64,000 bases of DNA from positions 17,982 through 81,981 of the forward strand of contig CAYYAQ010000003.1 in the NCBI GenBank assembly GCA_964469555.1, in the 5' to 3' direction. Below, one piece after another: positions 1-9,255 of the stretch (its first letter is position 1; each line of letters opens with the position of its first letter). The DNA comes from an uncultured candidatus Brocadiaceae bacterium. GTDB lineage: Bacteria; Planctomycetota; UBA1135; UBA2386. A program made the position numbers and the translations under genes. The notes beneath the pieces are model-generated. The model searched no databases. It was not told the DNA's origin and saw only the letters and a program-made list of their open reading frames with translations.

Positions 1-1
1 C

Positions 2-769
2 CGGGTCAGCGGTCCACGGTTCGAGTTCTCGGACATCTACATTCCCAAGAACGTAACGGTCACGCTGCGGTCATCCCAACCGATCGAGCTGCTGTCGACG
101 GGTCGGATTCAGATCGACGGCGAGCTGATCCTGGACACCGTCCACGCCGCCGAGAAGGGCGATTTCGAGAGTGGGACCAGTGACGCGTATCTCCGCCGCG
201 TGCTCGAGACGAAGTTCGGGTGCCGGGTGATGGCAGCCGAGGACATCACGCTCCGGGGCGCGATCCGCCATGGGCGCATGAACGAGGAGGACTACCGTCC
301 TCCGCTGGTCTTGTGGGCCAAGTCGCTGTCGCTGCGCGGTCCGTTCCCGTCGCGGACCATCCGCGGGGAGGAGCCAGGTCGGATCGTCGGGGGGGCGGTG
401 CAGACCGGTTTCCCGTTGGCTCTGGACATGCCCCAGGGTTATCCCGAGGGCCATCGGACGACCGCAGAGGCGTGGACTCCCTGGGTTCGACTCCCCGTCG
501 ACTTCTCCGGGAGTCACATCAGCGCGAGGTACGACGGGATCGAAGGCGACAACCTGGACGTCCTGCTGCAGATCGCCGCCGCGGACTCGATCGATCCGTC
601 GCAACCCTACGACGATCCAGCTGGATTGTCCGCGCCGCAGAAGCTCCCTCTGAGAGAGCCCATCAAGGTTTCGGGTCGCGTGCACATCCGGTTCAAGTTG
701 CGCGCGAAGGTGATCGGTGGCCGCACACCGCTGCCCTCCGTCAAGGTGCTCGTCGTACTCGGTGGATAA
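2..769 (+). CDS. 3' part of a protein continuing from upstream of the window; possibly a distant relative of the large lipoproteins at 17371-23150
   Basis: Frame 2 is open from the window edge to TAA 767-769; the ORF track lists only the part after an internal Met at 200. Segment GPRFEFSDIYIPKNVTVTLRSSQPIELLSTGRIQIDGELIL parallels DGRFEFSKMEIPDGVEVHFIGSQPARIWVRGAVRIGGLL (gene 17371) and GGIFEFTRFVLGADLTMVFEGSNPVQIRVRGEAIIEGRI (gene 20466). No start codon in window. Confidence 0.5.
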   Translation, partial: RVSGPRFEFSDIYIPKNVTVTLRSSQPIELLSTGRIQIDGELILDTVHAAEKGDFESGTSDAYLRRVLETKFGCRVMAAEDITLRGAIRHGRMNEEDYRPPLVLWAKSLSLRGPFPSRTIRGEEPGRIVGGAVQTGFPLALDMPQGYPEGHRTTAEAWTPWVRLPVDFSGSHISARYDGIEGDNLDVLLQIAAADSIDPSQPYDDPAGLSAPQKLPLREPIKVSGRVHIRFKLRAKVIGGRTPLPSVKVLVVLGG

Positions 770-942
770 TCCCGCCGCGTCGGGCTAAGATCCGTCTCGT
801 CGTGGTGCCGGTCAGCACCACGTTTCGAATTGCGTAGGCGGTGGTCTTTCGAGAGATCTGCAGATCTGGACGAAGGCCCGAGTTTGGTTTTGTCGGGAGG
901 CTCTAGAGCGTCCCAGGTTGATCGACGCGGTGGTGGGCGAGG

Positions 943-1908
943 ATGTTTCAGACGCTGGTCCTAGTGGCGGTTGCACTGCTGGGCGCGTGTGTCGGCTCGT
1001 TCCTGAACGTCGTCATCTACCGCGTGCCCGCGCGCACCTTCCTCTCCGGTGGAAAGCGGAGCCACTGCCCGAAGTGCGGCGTGCAGATCAAGTGGATCGA
1101 CAACATCCCGATCGTGAGTTGGCTGATCCTCCGCGGGAAGGGACGTTGCTGCGGCAATCCGATCAGCCCTCGGTACCCGTTCGTGGAGGCGTTGACCGCC
1201 GGGGTGCTTCTCTGGGTGTTCTACGTGACGGTGGGCCACCGGCTTCCACAGACACTCGAGCTGGGATGGATCTCGCCAGGTTGGGAACACTGGGGCAAGT
1301 TCGTGTTCCACGCGTGGTTCCTCTCGATCCTGATCGCGTGCACGTTCATCGACTTCGATCACCGGATCCTGCCCGACGTGCTCACGAAGCCGACAATGGT
1401 AGTCGGCGTTGTCGGGGCCGTGCTGGTGCCGGGATTCGTAGGGGAGGGGTTTGCGAAGCAGGGCGTGCCCGACGCGTTCGAACGCGTGGCCTACAGCGTC
1501 GTGGGTTTGGTCTGCGGACTGGCGCTGACCCAGGGCATCCGCGTGGGGGCCTCGAAGGTCTTCCGCCGCGAGGCGATGGGGTTGGGGGACGTCAAGTTCA
1601 TGGGGGCGATCGGCGTGTTCGTCGGCTGGGACGGGACGCTGTCGACCTTCTTCATCGGGAGCCTGCTCGGTGCGCTGTACGGCGGCCTGCACCAACTGAT
1701 CACGAAGGAAGGTCAGATCTTCTTCGGTCCGTTCCTGGCAGTGGGCGCCGTGATCACTCTCTTCTTCAAACGCGACATCGTCACGTTCGTCACCCAGACG
1801 TGGCCGAACTGGCAAGCAGCCAACGCGGGATCTCCCTGGGTCATGGGGGGCATCGCTCTGGTCGCCGCCGCGCTTCTTTTCTTCATCATTCGACGTGGAC
1901 GTAGATAG
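943..1908 (+). CDS. pilD: Prepilin peptidase / N-methyltransferase (peptidase A24)
   Basis: 321 aa from ATG 943. GSFLNVVIYRVP, Cys cluster CPKCG...GRCCGNPISPRYPFVE, several TM segments, and the two Asp motifs (FIDFDHRILPD, GLGDVKFMGAIG) typical of PilD/GspO. Confidence 0.9.
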   Translation: MFQTLVLVAVALLGACVGSFLNVVIYRVPARTFLSGGKRSHCPKCGVQIKWIDNIPIVSWLILRGKGRCCGNPISPRYPFVEALTAGVLLWVFYVTVGHRLPQTLELGWISPGWEHWGKFVFHAWFLSILIACTFIDFDHRILPDVLTKPTMVVGVVGAVLVPGFVGEGFAKQGVPDAFERVAYSVVGLVCGLALTQGIRVGASKVFRREAMGLGDVKFMGAIGVFVGWDGTLSTFFIGSLLGALYGGLHQLITKEGQIFFGPFLAVGAVITLFFKRDIVTFVTQTWPNWQAANAGSPWVMGGIALVAAALLFFIIRRGRR

Positions 1909-1929
1909 ACACACCTCAAGGAGGAAAAC

Positions 1930-2595
1930 ATGAAATCGATTTGGATTCGAACCGCCGTGGTTCTCGCGGGCCTCACCCTGTTGCCGAGTTGCACCGCCAA
2001 GTATCAGCAGATGCTCCAGGAGAAGGACGACAAGATCAGGGACCTCTACACGCAGGTCGCGGAGCTCACCGCCACGAACCAGGATCTCGACTCGCGGGAG
2101 CGCGGCGCGCGCGCGCGGGTTCAGACCCTCGAGGAAAGGCTGGCCGCCCGAGTGGAGAACGGCCCGTCCGATCTCGACAAGCTCAGGAGCGAACTGCCGG
2201 GTGTCGACGTCCGGGTCTCTGGAAACCGACTCACCCTCGGCATCAACAACACGGTGACGTTCGGCTCTGGGAGCTCGTCACTCAAGACGACCGCTGGCAG
2301 CGTCCTCAAGGACGTCGCCCGCGTGCTCCAGCGCGACTTCCCGGGTCGTCGGATCATCATCGAGGGCCACACGGACGTGGATCCGATCCGCAAGACGAAG
2401 AACAAGTTCCGCAACAACCGGCATCTGTCACTCGAGCGCGCGGACGCGGTGGCCAACTACCTGATTGGACGCTGCGGGGTCCGCGATTCCAATGTCGTCG
2501 TGGCGGGGTACGGACAGTTCCAGCCCCTGAGCAGCGGCAAGTCGGCGAAGGCGCGGAACCGCCGGGTCGAGATCGTCGTCGCGGAATCGCTCTGA
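1930..2595 (+). CDS. OmpA/MotB-domain lipoprotein with coiled-coil segment
   Basis: AAGGAGG shortly upstream of ATG 1930. Signal peptide plus lipobox LTLLPSC. Coiled-coil-like stretch KYQQMLQEKDDKIRDLYTQVAELTATNQDL. C-terminal OmpA-like domain (FGSGSSSL, IIIEGHTD, NRHLSLERADAVANYL, NRRVEIVV). Confidence 0.85.
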   Translation: MKSIWIRTAVVLAGLTLLPSCTAKYQQMLQEKDDKIRDLYTQVAELTATNQDLDSRERGARARVQTLEERLAARVENGPSDLDKLRSELPGVDVRVSGNRLTLGINNTVTFGSGSSSLKTTAGSVLKDVARVLQRDFPGRRIIIEGHTDVDPIRKTKNKFRNNRHLSLERADAVANYLIGRCGVRDSNVVVAGYGQFQPLSSGKSAKARNRRVEIVVAESL

Positions 2596-2845
2596 GAGCC
2601 TCTCTCCCCGATCCGAGCGAGCCTCGGAGCCGGGGGTTGGTCATGCGTCGGCGGTCGAATAGACCGCTCGGTGGGTGACTCGTGCCCCCTCGGCGGCGAT
2701 GCCGTCGCCGACGAGGGGGAAGCCAGGGGATTGTTGGAGTGGGAACCAGTCTTCCTATAAACTCCGAGACGCAATCTTGCCTGCTCGGGTGGCTGAGCCC
2801 CTCTCAACCATGTGGCCACCGTAACCCCTCCCATTGGATAGCCTT

Positions 2846-4870
2846 ATGTCTCACCATGTCAGCGATCTTCGAAACGTAGCGCTGTTCGGCCACGGTGGTA
2901 GCGGCAAGACCGCACTGATCGACGCTCTCGCCCTGACAACCAAGGTGAGCAACCGCCACGGCGACTCCGCCGACGGCACGAGCATCAGCGACACCGAGCC
3001 GGAGGAGAAGGACAAGAAGCAAACCCTGATGTCACACCTCTTCGCGTTCCCGGTCGAGGGCGTGACGGTGAATCTGATCGACACTCCGGGTCACGCGGAC
3101 TTCATGGCCGACGCGATTTCCTCGCTTCACGTCGTGGAGACCGGCATTCTCTGTGTCAGCGCCAACGGTGGCGTCTCGTTCCACGCCCGGGCGCTCTGGA
3201 AGGCTGCCGGGGAGGCGAACCTCGGGCGCGCCGTCGTCGTCACACATCCCGACGGGGAGAACGCGGACTTCGAGAAGATCCTCGCCGAGTTGCAGGAAGT
3301 GTTGGGCAACGTCGTCGTGCCGATGACCTACCCGGACCAGGCGGGACTGGACTTCAGCGAGATCTACGACGTCCTCAGCGGGGATGGGCCGGAAGCCGCG
3401 ACATACAAAGAGCAGTTGGAAGAGCGTGTCGCGGAGTCGGACGACGCGCTCCTGGAAGCGTACTTCGAGAGCGGCGAGCTGACCCAAGCGCAGATGGCCG
3501 AGAACTTCCCGAAGGCGATCGCCAAGGGAACGCTGGTCCCGCTGTTCACGGTTTGCCCACCAAAGACCAAGGGCCTCAACAAACTGCTCCACCTGATGAA
3601 GGAGGACCTGCCGTCGCCGGTCTCCTACGGACCACGAGGCGCGGCGAAGCCCGAGACCGAGGAATACGGCGAGCTGGTCGAACCCGACGAGTCCGGTCCG
3701 TTCTTGGGTCAGGCATTCAAGGTCGTCGTCGACAAGCACGTCGGCAAGATCGTGTTCATGCGCTGCTTCCGCGGGAAGCTCAACGCGGAGGAAGGGTTCC
3801 TCAACGTGAAGACCGGCAAGCACGAAAGGGTCGGTGGCTTGCTCGGCTTGAAGGGCGAGAAGACCGAGTCGGTGACCGAAGTCGTCGCCGGAGATATTTT
3901 CGCAGTCACGAAGCTCGATAGCCTCGGACTCTGGGACACGGTGACGGCGGATAGCGCACCGCTCCAGATGCCGTTGCCCCAGTACCCGGCATCTACGTTC
4001 TCCTACGCGGTCACGCCGGCGTCCCGAGGTGACGAGCAGAAGATCTCGGATGCGCTCGAAAGGCTGTCCACCGAGGACCCGACCTTCCAGACCCAACGCC
4101 ACCTGGAGACCGCCGAGCTGCTGGTGTCCGGGCTGAGCCCGCTGCACCTCGATCTCCAGCTCGCCCGCCTGTTGCGACGCTTCGGCGTCGGGACCGTGAG
4201 CGCGATGCCGAAGATTCCGTATCGGGAGACGATCACCGGCAAGGCCGACGGTCATCATCGGCACAAGAAGCAGTCTGGCGGTCGCGGCCAGTTCGCCGAG
4301 GTCTACATGCGCGTTGCCGCCTGCGAGCGCGGCTCGGGTTTCGAGTTCATCGACTCGGTCGTCGGTGGTTCCATCCCGCGAAACTTCATCCCCGAGATCC
4401 AGAAAGGCGTCAGACGCTTCCTGGAGAAGGGCGGGATCGCCGGATTCCCCGTGGTCGACGTCAGCGCCGAGCTGTACGACGGCAAGTTCCACGCGGTGGA
4501 CTCGGACCAGCTGTCCTTCCAACTCGCAGGCGAGCGTGGCTTCCTCGACGGCTTCCAGAAGGCCAAGCCGGTCTTGCTCGAGCCGATCATGGACGTCGTG
4601 ATCACGGTTCCGGATCGATTCACCGGTGACGTCGCCGGCAACCTCTCGAGTCAGCGCGGTCGTCTGTCCGGCATGGAGTCCAAGGACGGGCTCCAGCACA
4701 TCTCCGCGCAGGTGCCACTGAAGGAGATGCAGGATTATTCGACACAGCTGCGTTCGATCACCGCCGGTGAGGGAACGTTCCACATGGAGATGTCGCACTA
4801 TGAGCCAGTGCCGGGCAACCTGCAGTCGGAGATCGTGAAGGCCTTCCAGAAGGCGCAAGAGAGCTCCTAG
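2846..4870 (+). CDS. Divergent elongation-factor-G-family GTPase (EF-G paralog, not the housekeeping fusA)
   Basis: Five-domain EF-G-like length (674 aa from ATG 2846; TTG 2834 also possible). G3 motif DTPGHADF. Domain IV/V-like HHRHKKQSGGRGQFAEV and LLEPIMDVVITVP. G1 is GHGGSGKT rather than AHxDxGKT, and G4 is THPD (3242-3253) rather than NKxD. No rpsL/rpsG/tuf context. Confidence 0.8.
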   Translation: MSHHVSDLRNVALFGHGGSGKTALIDALALTTKVSNRHGDSADGTSISDTEPEEKDKKQTLMSHLFAFPVEGVTVNLIDTPGHADFMADAISSLHVVETGILCVSANGGVSFHARALWKAAGEANLGRAVVVTHPDGENADFEKILAELQEVLGNVVVPMTYPDQAGLDFSEIYDVLSGDGPEAATYKEQLEERVAESDDALLEAYFESGELTQAQMAENFPKAIAKGTLVPLFTVCPPKTKGLNKLLHLMKEDLPSPVSYGPRGAAKPETEEYGELVEPDESGPFLGQAFKVVVDKHVGKIVFMRCFRGKLNAEEGFLNVKTGKHERVGGLLGLKGEKTESVTEVVAGDIFAVTKLDSLGLWDTVTADSAPLQMPLPQYPASTFSYAVTPASRGDEQKISDALERLSTEDPTFQTQRHLETAELLVSGLSPLHLDLQLARLLRRFGVGTVSAMPKIPYRETITGKADGHHRHKKQSGGRGQFAEVYMRVAACERGSGFEFIDSVVGGSIPRNFIPEIQKGVRRFLEKGGIAGFPVVDVSAELYDGKFHAVDSDQLSFQLAGERGFLDGFQKAKPVLLEPIMDVVITVPDRFTGDVAGNLSSQRGRLSGMESKDGLQHISAQVPLKEMQDYSTQLRSITAGEGTFHMEMSHYEPVPGNLQSEIVKAFQKAQESS

Positions 4871-4926
4871 TCGGGGCTGATTCCCCGGCCCCAACGCTGT
4901 TTCCTCGCAAGGTCACGGCTCAAAAA

Positions 4927-4954
4927 GCTCGCGAGCCGCGCTCGCGGGCTTTCT
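4927..4954 (+). terminator. Intrinsic-terminator-like hairpin downstream of the EF-G-like gene
   Basis: AAAAA, then GCTCGCGAGC-cgc-GCTCGCGGGC (10-bp GC-rich stem with one G-U pair), then TTTCT. Lies 57 nt after the stop at 4870. Confidence 0.45.
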
Positions 4955-5098
4955 CGCTTCGTGGGAACCCGGTGCCTCGGCACCAAATCCCCCGGGGTGC
5001 TCAATCTCGCCGGTCGTGCTGGTCGATAGCCCGGGTGCGTACACCCCCGTCGTTGGGGGTAGCTGGCCCGGAATCGACGAACGAGAGGAAGCACCTAC

Positions 5099-6199
5099 AT
5101 GGTTTCGATGGAAGAGTTGCTGACCATCATGGTCCAGCGAGGTGGGTCGGATCTTCATATCTCCGCGGGCTCTCCGCCAAAGATCCGCATCGACGGGAAG
5201 TTGTACGACACGGAGCACGACGTGCTCCGACCCGAGGTCACCAAGAAACTCATCTACTCGGTTCTCACCGCGGACCAGAACGCGAAGTTCGAGAAGATCA
5301 AGGAACTGGACTTCTCCTTCGGCGTCGCGAACCTCGGCAGGTTCCGGACGAACGCGTTCGTGCAGCGCGGCACGGTCGCGGCCGTGCTTCGCGTGATCCC
5401 GTTCGAAGTGCACGGCTTCGCCGAACTGGGACTGCCCGTCGATGTCTGCGAGTCGATTTGCGAGCTTCGCAAGGGGCTCGTGCTGTGCACTGGCTCCACC
5501 GGGTCCGGCAAGTCCACGACGCTCGCCTCGCTGGTCGACTGCATCAACGAGAAGCGCCAAGGCCACATTGTCACGATCGAAGATCCGATCGAGTTCCTGC
5601 ACAAGAACAAGAACTGTCTCGTCAACCAGCGCGAAGTCGGTGCGGATACCGCGGGCTTTTCCGGCGCGTTGCGGTCCGTGTTGCGGCAGGACCCCGACGT
5701 AGTGCTCGTCGGTGAGATGCGCGATCTCGAGACGATCGAGGCGGCGCTCACGCTCGCCGAGACGGGCCATCTCACGTTTGCAACCCTGCACACCTCGGAT
5801 ACTGCTCAGACGATCAACCGGATCGTCGACGTGTTCCCGTCGCACCAGCAGCAGCAGATCCGCACGATGCTCTCGTTCACACTGCAAGCCGTGCTGTGCC
5901 AACAACTCCTGCCGCTGAGTCAGGGGAAGGGCCGCGGTCTCGCGGCGGAAGTGATGCTCTCGACGCCGGCGATTCGCGCACTTGTCCGCGACAACAAGAC
6001 GCACCAGATCGCTTCCATCATCCAGACGAGTGGTAGCACGGGGATGCGCACGATGAACCAGTCGGTCTACGACCTCTACCGCGCCGGCTCGATCTCGTTC
6101 GACGATGCGCTGACGAACTGCACTGACCAGGCAGAGTTCCACAGACTCCTTCAACGGACAGGCGCGACCAGCGGGGCGGGAGCAGGCAGGCGTAGATGA
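5099..6199 (+). CDS. pilT: Type IV pilus retraction ATPase PilT
   Basis: GAGAGGAAG upstream of the ATG. SDLHISAGSPPKIRIDGKL, Walker A GSTGSGKSTT, IVTIEDPIEF, RSVLRQDPDVVLVGEMRD, TGHLTFATLHT and INRIVDVFP are classic PilT/PilU signatures. 366 aa. Confidence 0.92.
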   Translation: MVSMEELLTIMVQRGGSDLHISAGSPPKIRIDGKLYDTEHDVLRPEVTKKLIYSVLTADQNAKFEKIKELDFSFGVANLGRFRTNAFVQRGTVAAVLRVIPFEVHGFAELGLPVDVCESICELRKGLVLCTGSTGSGKSTTLASLVDCINEKRQGHIVTIEDPIEFLHKNKNCLVNQREVGADTAGFSGALRSVLRQDPDVVLVGEMRDLETIEAALTLAETGHLTFATLHTSDTAQTINRIVDVFPSHQQQQIRTMLSFTLQAVLCQQLLPLSQGKGRGLAAEVMLSTPAIRALVRDNKTHQIASIIQTSGSTGMRTMNQSVYDLYRAGSISFDDALTNCTDQAEFHRLLQRTGATSGAGAGRRR

Positions 6200-7905
6200 T
6201 CCAGTTCGCCAAGAAAGTCTGCCGCATTCTCGTCAAGGACGGGAAGCTCGACAAGGATCAGACCGCTTCGCTGCTCGAGCAGGCGCTGAAGTCCAAGCAG
6301 TCTCTCACCGAACTGCTCATCAAGAAGGACGTGCTCTCCGAGGGAGAGTTGCTCGCGAGCATGAGCAGGGCGGCGAACTTTCCTCCGATCGATCTCTCCA
6401 AGCTGAGTGTCAATCGCGAGATCCTGGATGGGATCACGGTCGAGGTCGCGATGGACTACCTCATCTACCCGATCGAGCGCATCGGCAACATCTTGACGAT
6501 CGCGATCGCGGATCCTTTCGACGTGCTGAAGCTCGACGACATTCGCATCATTACGCAGTGCCAGCTGAGGCCCGTGATCAGCACCGTCGAATCGATCACT
6601 CAAGCGATCGAGGCCGGCTACAAGTCCGAAGAGGCGTCGGTTGGGGACATCCTCGATTCGTTCGAGGACTCGGACGTTGAACTCGCCGAGGTCGAAGACG
6701 ACAGCGACGGCATGGACCTGACGGCCATCAACGACGAGGCATCGCCGGTCGTCAAGATGGTCAACAAGCTCATCGTCGACGCGGTTCAGGGAGGCGTGAG
6801 CGATATCCACATCGAGCCGTTCGAAAAGAGGGTGGTCGTCCGCTACCGCAAGGACGGTCGGATGATCGAGGTGATGCAACTGCCGAAGCGCATGCAGAAC
6901 AACATCTCCTCGCGCCTCAAGATCATGTCGAAGCTCGACATCGCCGAGAAGCACCGTCCGCAAGACGGCAAGTTCCAGATGAAGTTGGGCAACAAGGCGA
7001 TCGACTTCCGCGTCTCGATCCTCCCGGTCGTCTGGGGCGAGAAGACCGTGCTTCGTATTCTCGATTCGTCAAACCTCGCCGCCGATCTCACGACGCTCGG
7101 TTTCGAGGAGAAGTGCATGGAGGACTTTCTCTGGGCGTGTAGTGCGCCGTACGGGATGATCCTCGTCACAGGTCCGACGGGCTCCGGCAAGTCGACGACT
7201 CTCTACTCGGGTGTGCGCCACATCGCTAATCCGGAGATCAACCTCGTGACGGTTGAGGATCCGGTGGAGTACACCCTCGACGGCATCAACCAGGTGCCGG
7301 TGAATCCGAAGCGGGGGATGACGTTCGCGGGCGCTCTTCGGTCCATTCTGCGTCAGGACCCCGACGTCGTCCTTCTCGGCGAGATTCGCGACAAGGAGAC
7401 ACTCGAGATCGCGGTGAAGGCTGCCCTCACGGGACATCTCGTGCTGAGCACGCTTCACACGAACGACGCGCCGTCCACGATTACACGCATGGTCGACATG
7501 GGCATGGACCCCTTCATGGTCGCGAGCTCGACGCTCGTGATCTGTGCCCAACGACTGGGGCGCGTGTTGTGCACGCACTGCAAGAAAGAGACAGAACTCT
7601 CGAAGGAGGCACTCCTCGGAGTTGGTTTCACGGAAGAGCAGATGGCGGAAGAGGACTTCGGTGTGTACCAGCCCGTCGGATGCGGGCGTTGCACGAGCGG
7701 CTACAAGGGCCGGTTCGCCATCACGGAGACGATGCGCATGTCGGAGGGGATTCGCCGCATGGTGGTCGAGCGGGCACACATCCAAGACATCAAGAGTCTG
7801 GCCCTCAGCGAAGGGATGGTCACGCTCCGCAAGGCCGGGATGGCGAATGCGGGAAGAGGGAGGACGAGCGTCGAGGAAGTGATGCGCGTCACCATGGAAG
7901 ATTGA
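6196..7905 (+). CDS. pilB: Type IV pilus assembly (extension) ATPase PilB / GspE family
   Basis: ATGA overlap with the pilT stop. N-terminal T2SS-E N-domain-like region. Walker A GPTGSGKSTTLYS, VEDPVEY, LRQDPDVVLLGEIRD, TGHLVLSTLHTND. Tetracysteine motif CTHCKKE...CGRCTSGYKGR. Confidence 0.9.
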   Translation: MIQFAKKVCRILVKDGKLDKDQTASLLEQALKSKQSLTELLIKKDVLSEGELLASMSRAANFPPIDLSKLSVNREILDGITVEVAMDYLIYPIERIGNILTIAIADPFDVLKLDDIRIITQCQLRPVISTVESITQAIEAGYKSEEASVGDILDSFEDSDVELAEVEDDSDGMDLTAINDEASPVVKMVNKLIVDAVQGGVSDIHIEPFEKRVVVRYRKDGRMIEVMQLPKRMQNNISSRLKIMSKLDIAEKHRPQDGKFQMKLGNKAIDFRVSILPVVWGEKTVLRILDSSNLAADLTTLGFEEKCMEDFLWACSAPYGMILVTGPTGSGKSTTLYSGVRHIANPEINLVTVEDPVEYTLDGINQVPVNPKRGMTFAGALRSILRQDPDVVLLGEIRDKETLEIAVKAALTGHLVLSTLHTNDAPSTITRMVDMGMDPFMVASSTLVICAQRLGRVLCTHCKKETELSKEALLGVGFTEEQMAEEDFGVYQPVGCGRCTSGYKGRFAITETMRMSEGIRRMVVERAHIQDIKSLALSEGMVTLRKAGMANAGRGRTSVEEVMRVTMED

Positions 7906-7925
7906 GACGAAGGGGTAAGCACTAG

Positions 7926-9152
7926 ATGGCTACTACATTCAAGTACGCGGCGAAGGATGCATCGGGTCGGACGGTCACCGGCTCCATGAAGGCCGATTCT
8001 CAGAACGACGTTCTCACCGATCTTCGCCGCCGCCGGTTGACTCCAGTCGACATCGAGGAAACAGGTGGCGGACTGTTCTCCTCTGGAAAGAAGAAGGGCA
8101 GGTCCAAGTCGTCTTCGAGGAAGGGCGAGGTCGAGGTCTTCACGCGTCAGCTTTCGACGATGCTCAGCGCGGGTATCCCGATGCTCGAGGCCCTCGAGAT
8201 CCTGGCCGATCAGGCCGAGAGTCCCGGGTTTACGTATTGCCTTGAGTGCGTGGTCGAGGAGATTCGCGGTGGCGCTGACCTCTCGAAAGCCCTCGGTGGC
8301 CATCCGAGGGTCTTCAGCGACATCTACGTCAGCATGATCCGCGCCGGCGAGGTCTCTGGTCAAATCGATGTCATCCTGACGCGACTCGCCGAGTACCTCG
8401 AGGCGGCTGCTCACCTGCGGTCCGAGATCAAGTCGGCGATGACCTACCCGGTCGTTTCGTTGTTCCTGGTCATCGGTATCGCGAGCTTCCTGATGATCGG
8501 CATCGTGCCGAGTTTCAAGCCCGTGTTCCAGTCGCTCGAAGTCGAGCTTCCCGGCCTGACGTTGTTCACCATGGATATCGCGTTCTTCATGCGCGACAAC
8601 TGGTATCTGATCCTCGGTGGCATCATCGCACTGGTCGTTGTGCTTCGCGCGTATATCAAGACGGAGCATGGAAAGCTCGTCTACGACACGATCACGCTAC
8701 GCATCCCGGTCTTTGGACCGCTGTTCAAGAAGGTAGCCCTCTCACGGTTCGCCCGCACGTTCTCGACGCTCGTGAAGAGCGGTGTGCCGATTCTAGGCGC
8801 GATGGAGATCGTCTCGGAGACCGCGGGCAACAAGGTGATCTCCAGTGTCGTCGACGAAGCGCGTGAGAGCGTCAAGCAGGGCGACACGCTGATGGAGCCG
8901 TTCTCCAAATCGAAGGTCTTCCCGGCGATGGTGACGAAGATGATCGGTATTGGCGAACGGTCCGGTGCCCTCGACCAGCTGCTGGAGAAGATCGCCGAGT
9001 TCTACGACCAGCAAGTTGAGACGGAGGTCAAGGCACTCACGTCCCTGATCGAGCCGATCATGATCGCCGTGATGGGCTTCGTCGTGGGCGGCATCGTCCT
9101 GGCGGTCTTCCTGCCAATCTTCAAGCTGCAGGAGAAGCTATCCGGAGGATAG
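7926..9152 (+). CDS. pilC: Type IV pilus platform protein PilC / GspF family
   Basis: 408 aa with two GspF-type repeats (FTRQLSTMLSAGIPMLEAL... and FARTFSTLVKSGVPILGAM...), interspersed TM segments, and EPIMIAVMGFVVGGIVLAVFLPIF at the C-terminus. Confidence 0.9.
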   Translation: MATTFKYAAKDASGRTVTGSMKADSQNDVLTDLRRRRLTPVDIEETGGGLFSSGKKKGRSKSSSRKGEVEVFTRQLSTMLSAGIPMLEALEILADQAESPGFTYCLECVVEEIRGGADLSKALGGHPRVFSDIYVSMIRAGEVSGQIDVILTRLAEYLEAAAHLRSEIKSAMTYPVVSLFLVIGIASFLMIGIVPSFKPVFQSLEVELPGLTLFTMDIAFFMRDNWYLILGGIIALVVVLRAYIKTEHGKLVYDTITLRIPVFGPLFKKVALSRFARTFSTLVKSGVPILGAMEIVSETAGNKVISSVVDEARESVKQGDTLMEPFSKSKVFPAMVTKMIGIGERSGALDQLLEKIAEFYDQQVETEVKALTSLIEPIMIAVMGFVVGGIVLAVFLPIFKLQEKLSGG

Positions 9153-9255
9153 CGATCCTGTACGAACCCCAGCTCCGGGCATCGGCCCTAGCCGTCGCGT
9201 CTCCTTGAGGTGCGACGATCCGGTTTCGGAGCGCATGCAGACGAAGGAGTGAGAG

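Noticed and set aside
802-827. Hairpin GTGGTGC-cggtca-GCACCAC after the first (truncated) gene, considered as an intrinsic terminator.
   Set aside because: The stem is only 7 bp and the downstream tract is GTTTCG (three T). This is too weak to call a terminator. It is mentioned only as context for the pilD upstream region.
2846-4870. Calling the EF-G-like gene the housekeeping fusA.
   Set aside because: There is no str-operon context (rpsL, rpsG, tuf). The G1 and G4 motifs are non-canonical, so it is treated as a paralog. This cannot be settled without the rest of the genome.
3032-4894. 620-aa minus-strand ORF covering the EF-G-like gene. The same applies to similar very long antisense ORFs: 961-1914(-), 4913-6154(-), 6151-6963(-), 7701-8669(-) and 12008-13162(-).
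   Set aside because: Each lies opposite a gene with unmistakable family motifs. The translations are Arg/Asp/His/Gly/Pro-rich low-complexity strings with no motifs. Long stop-free antisense frames are expected at this GC content.
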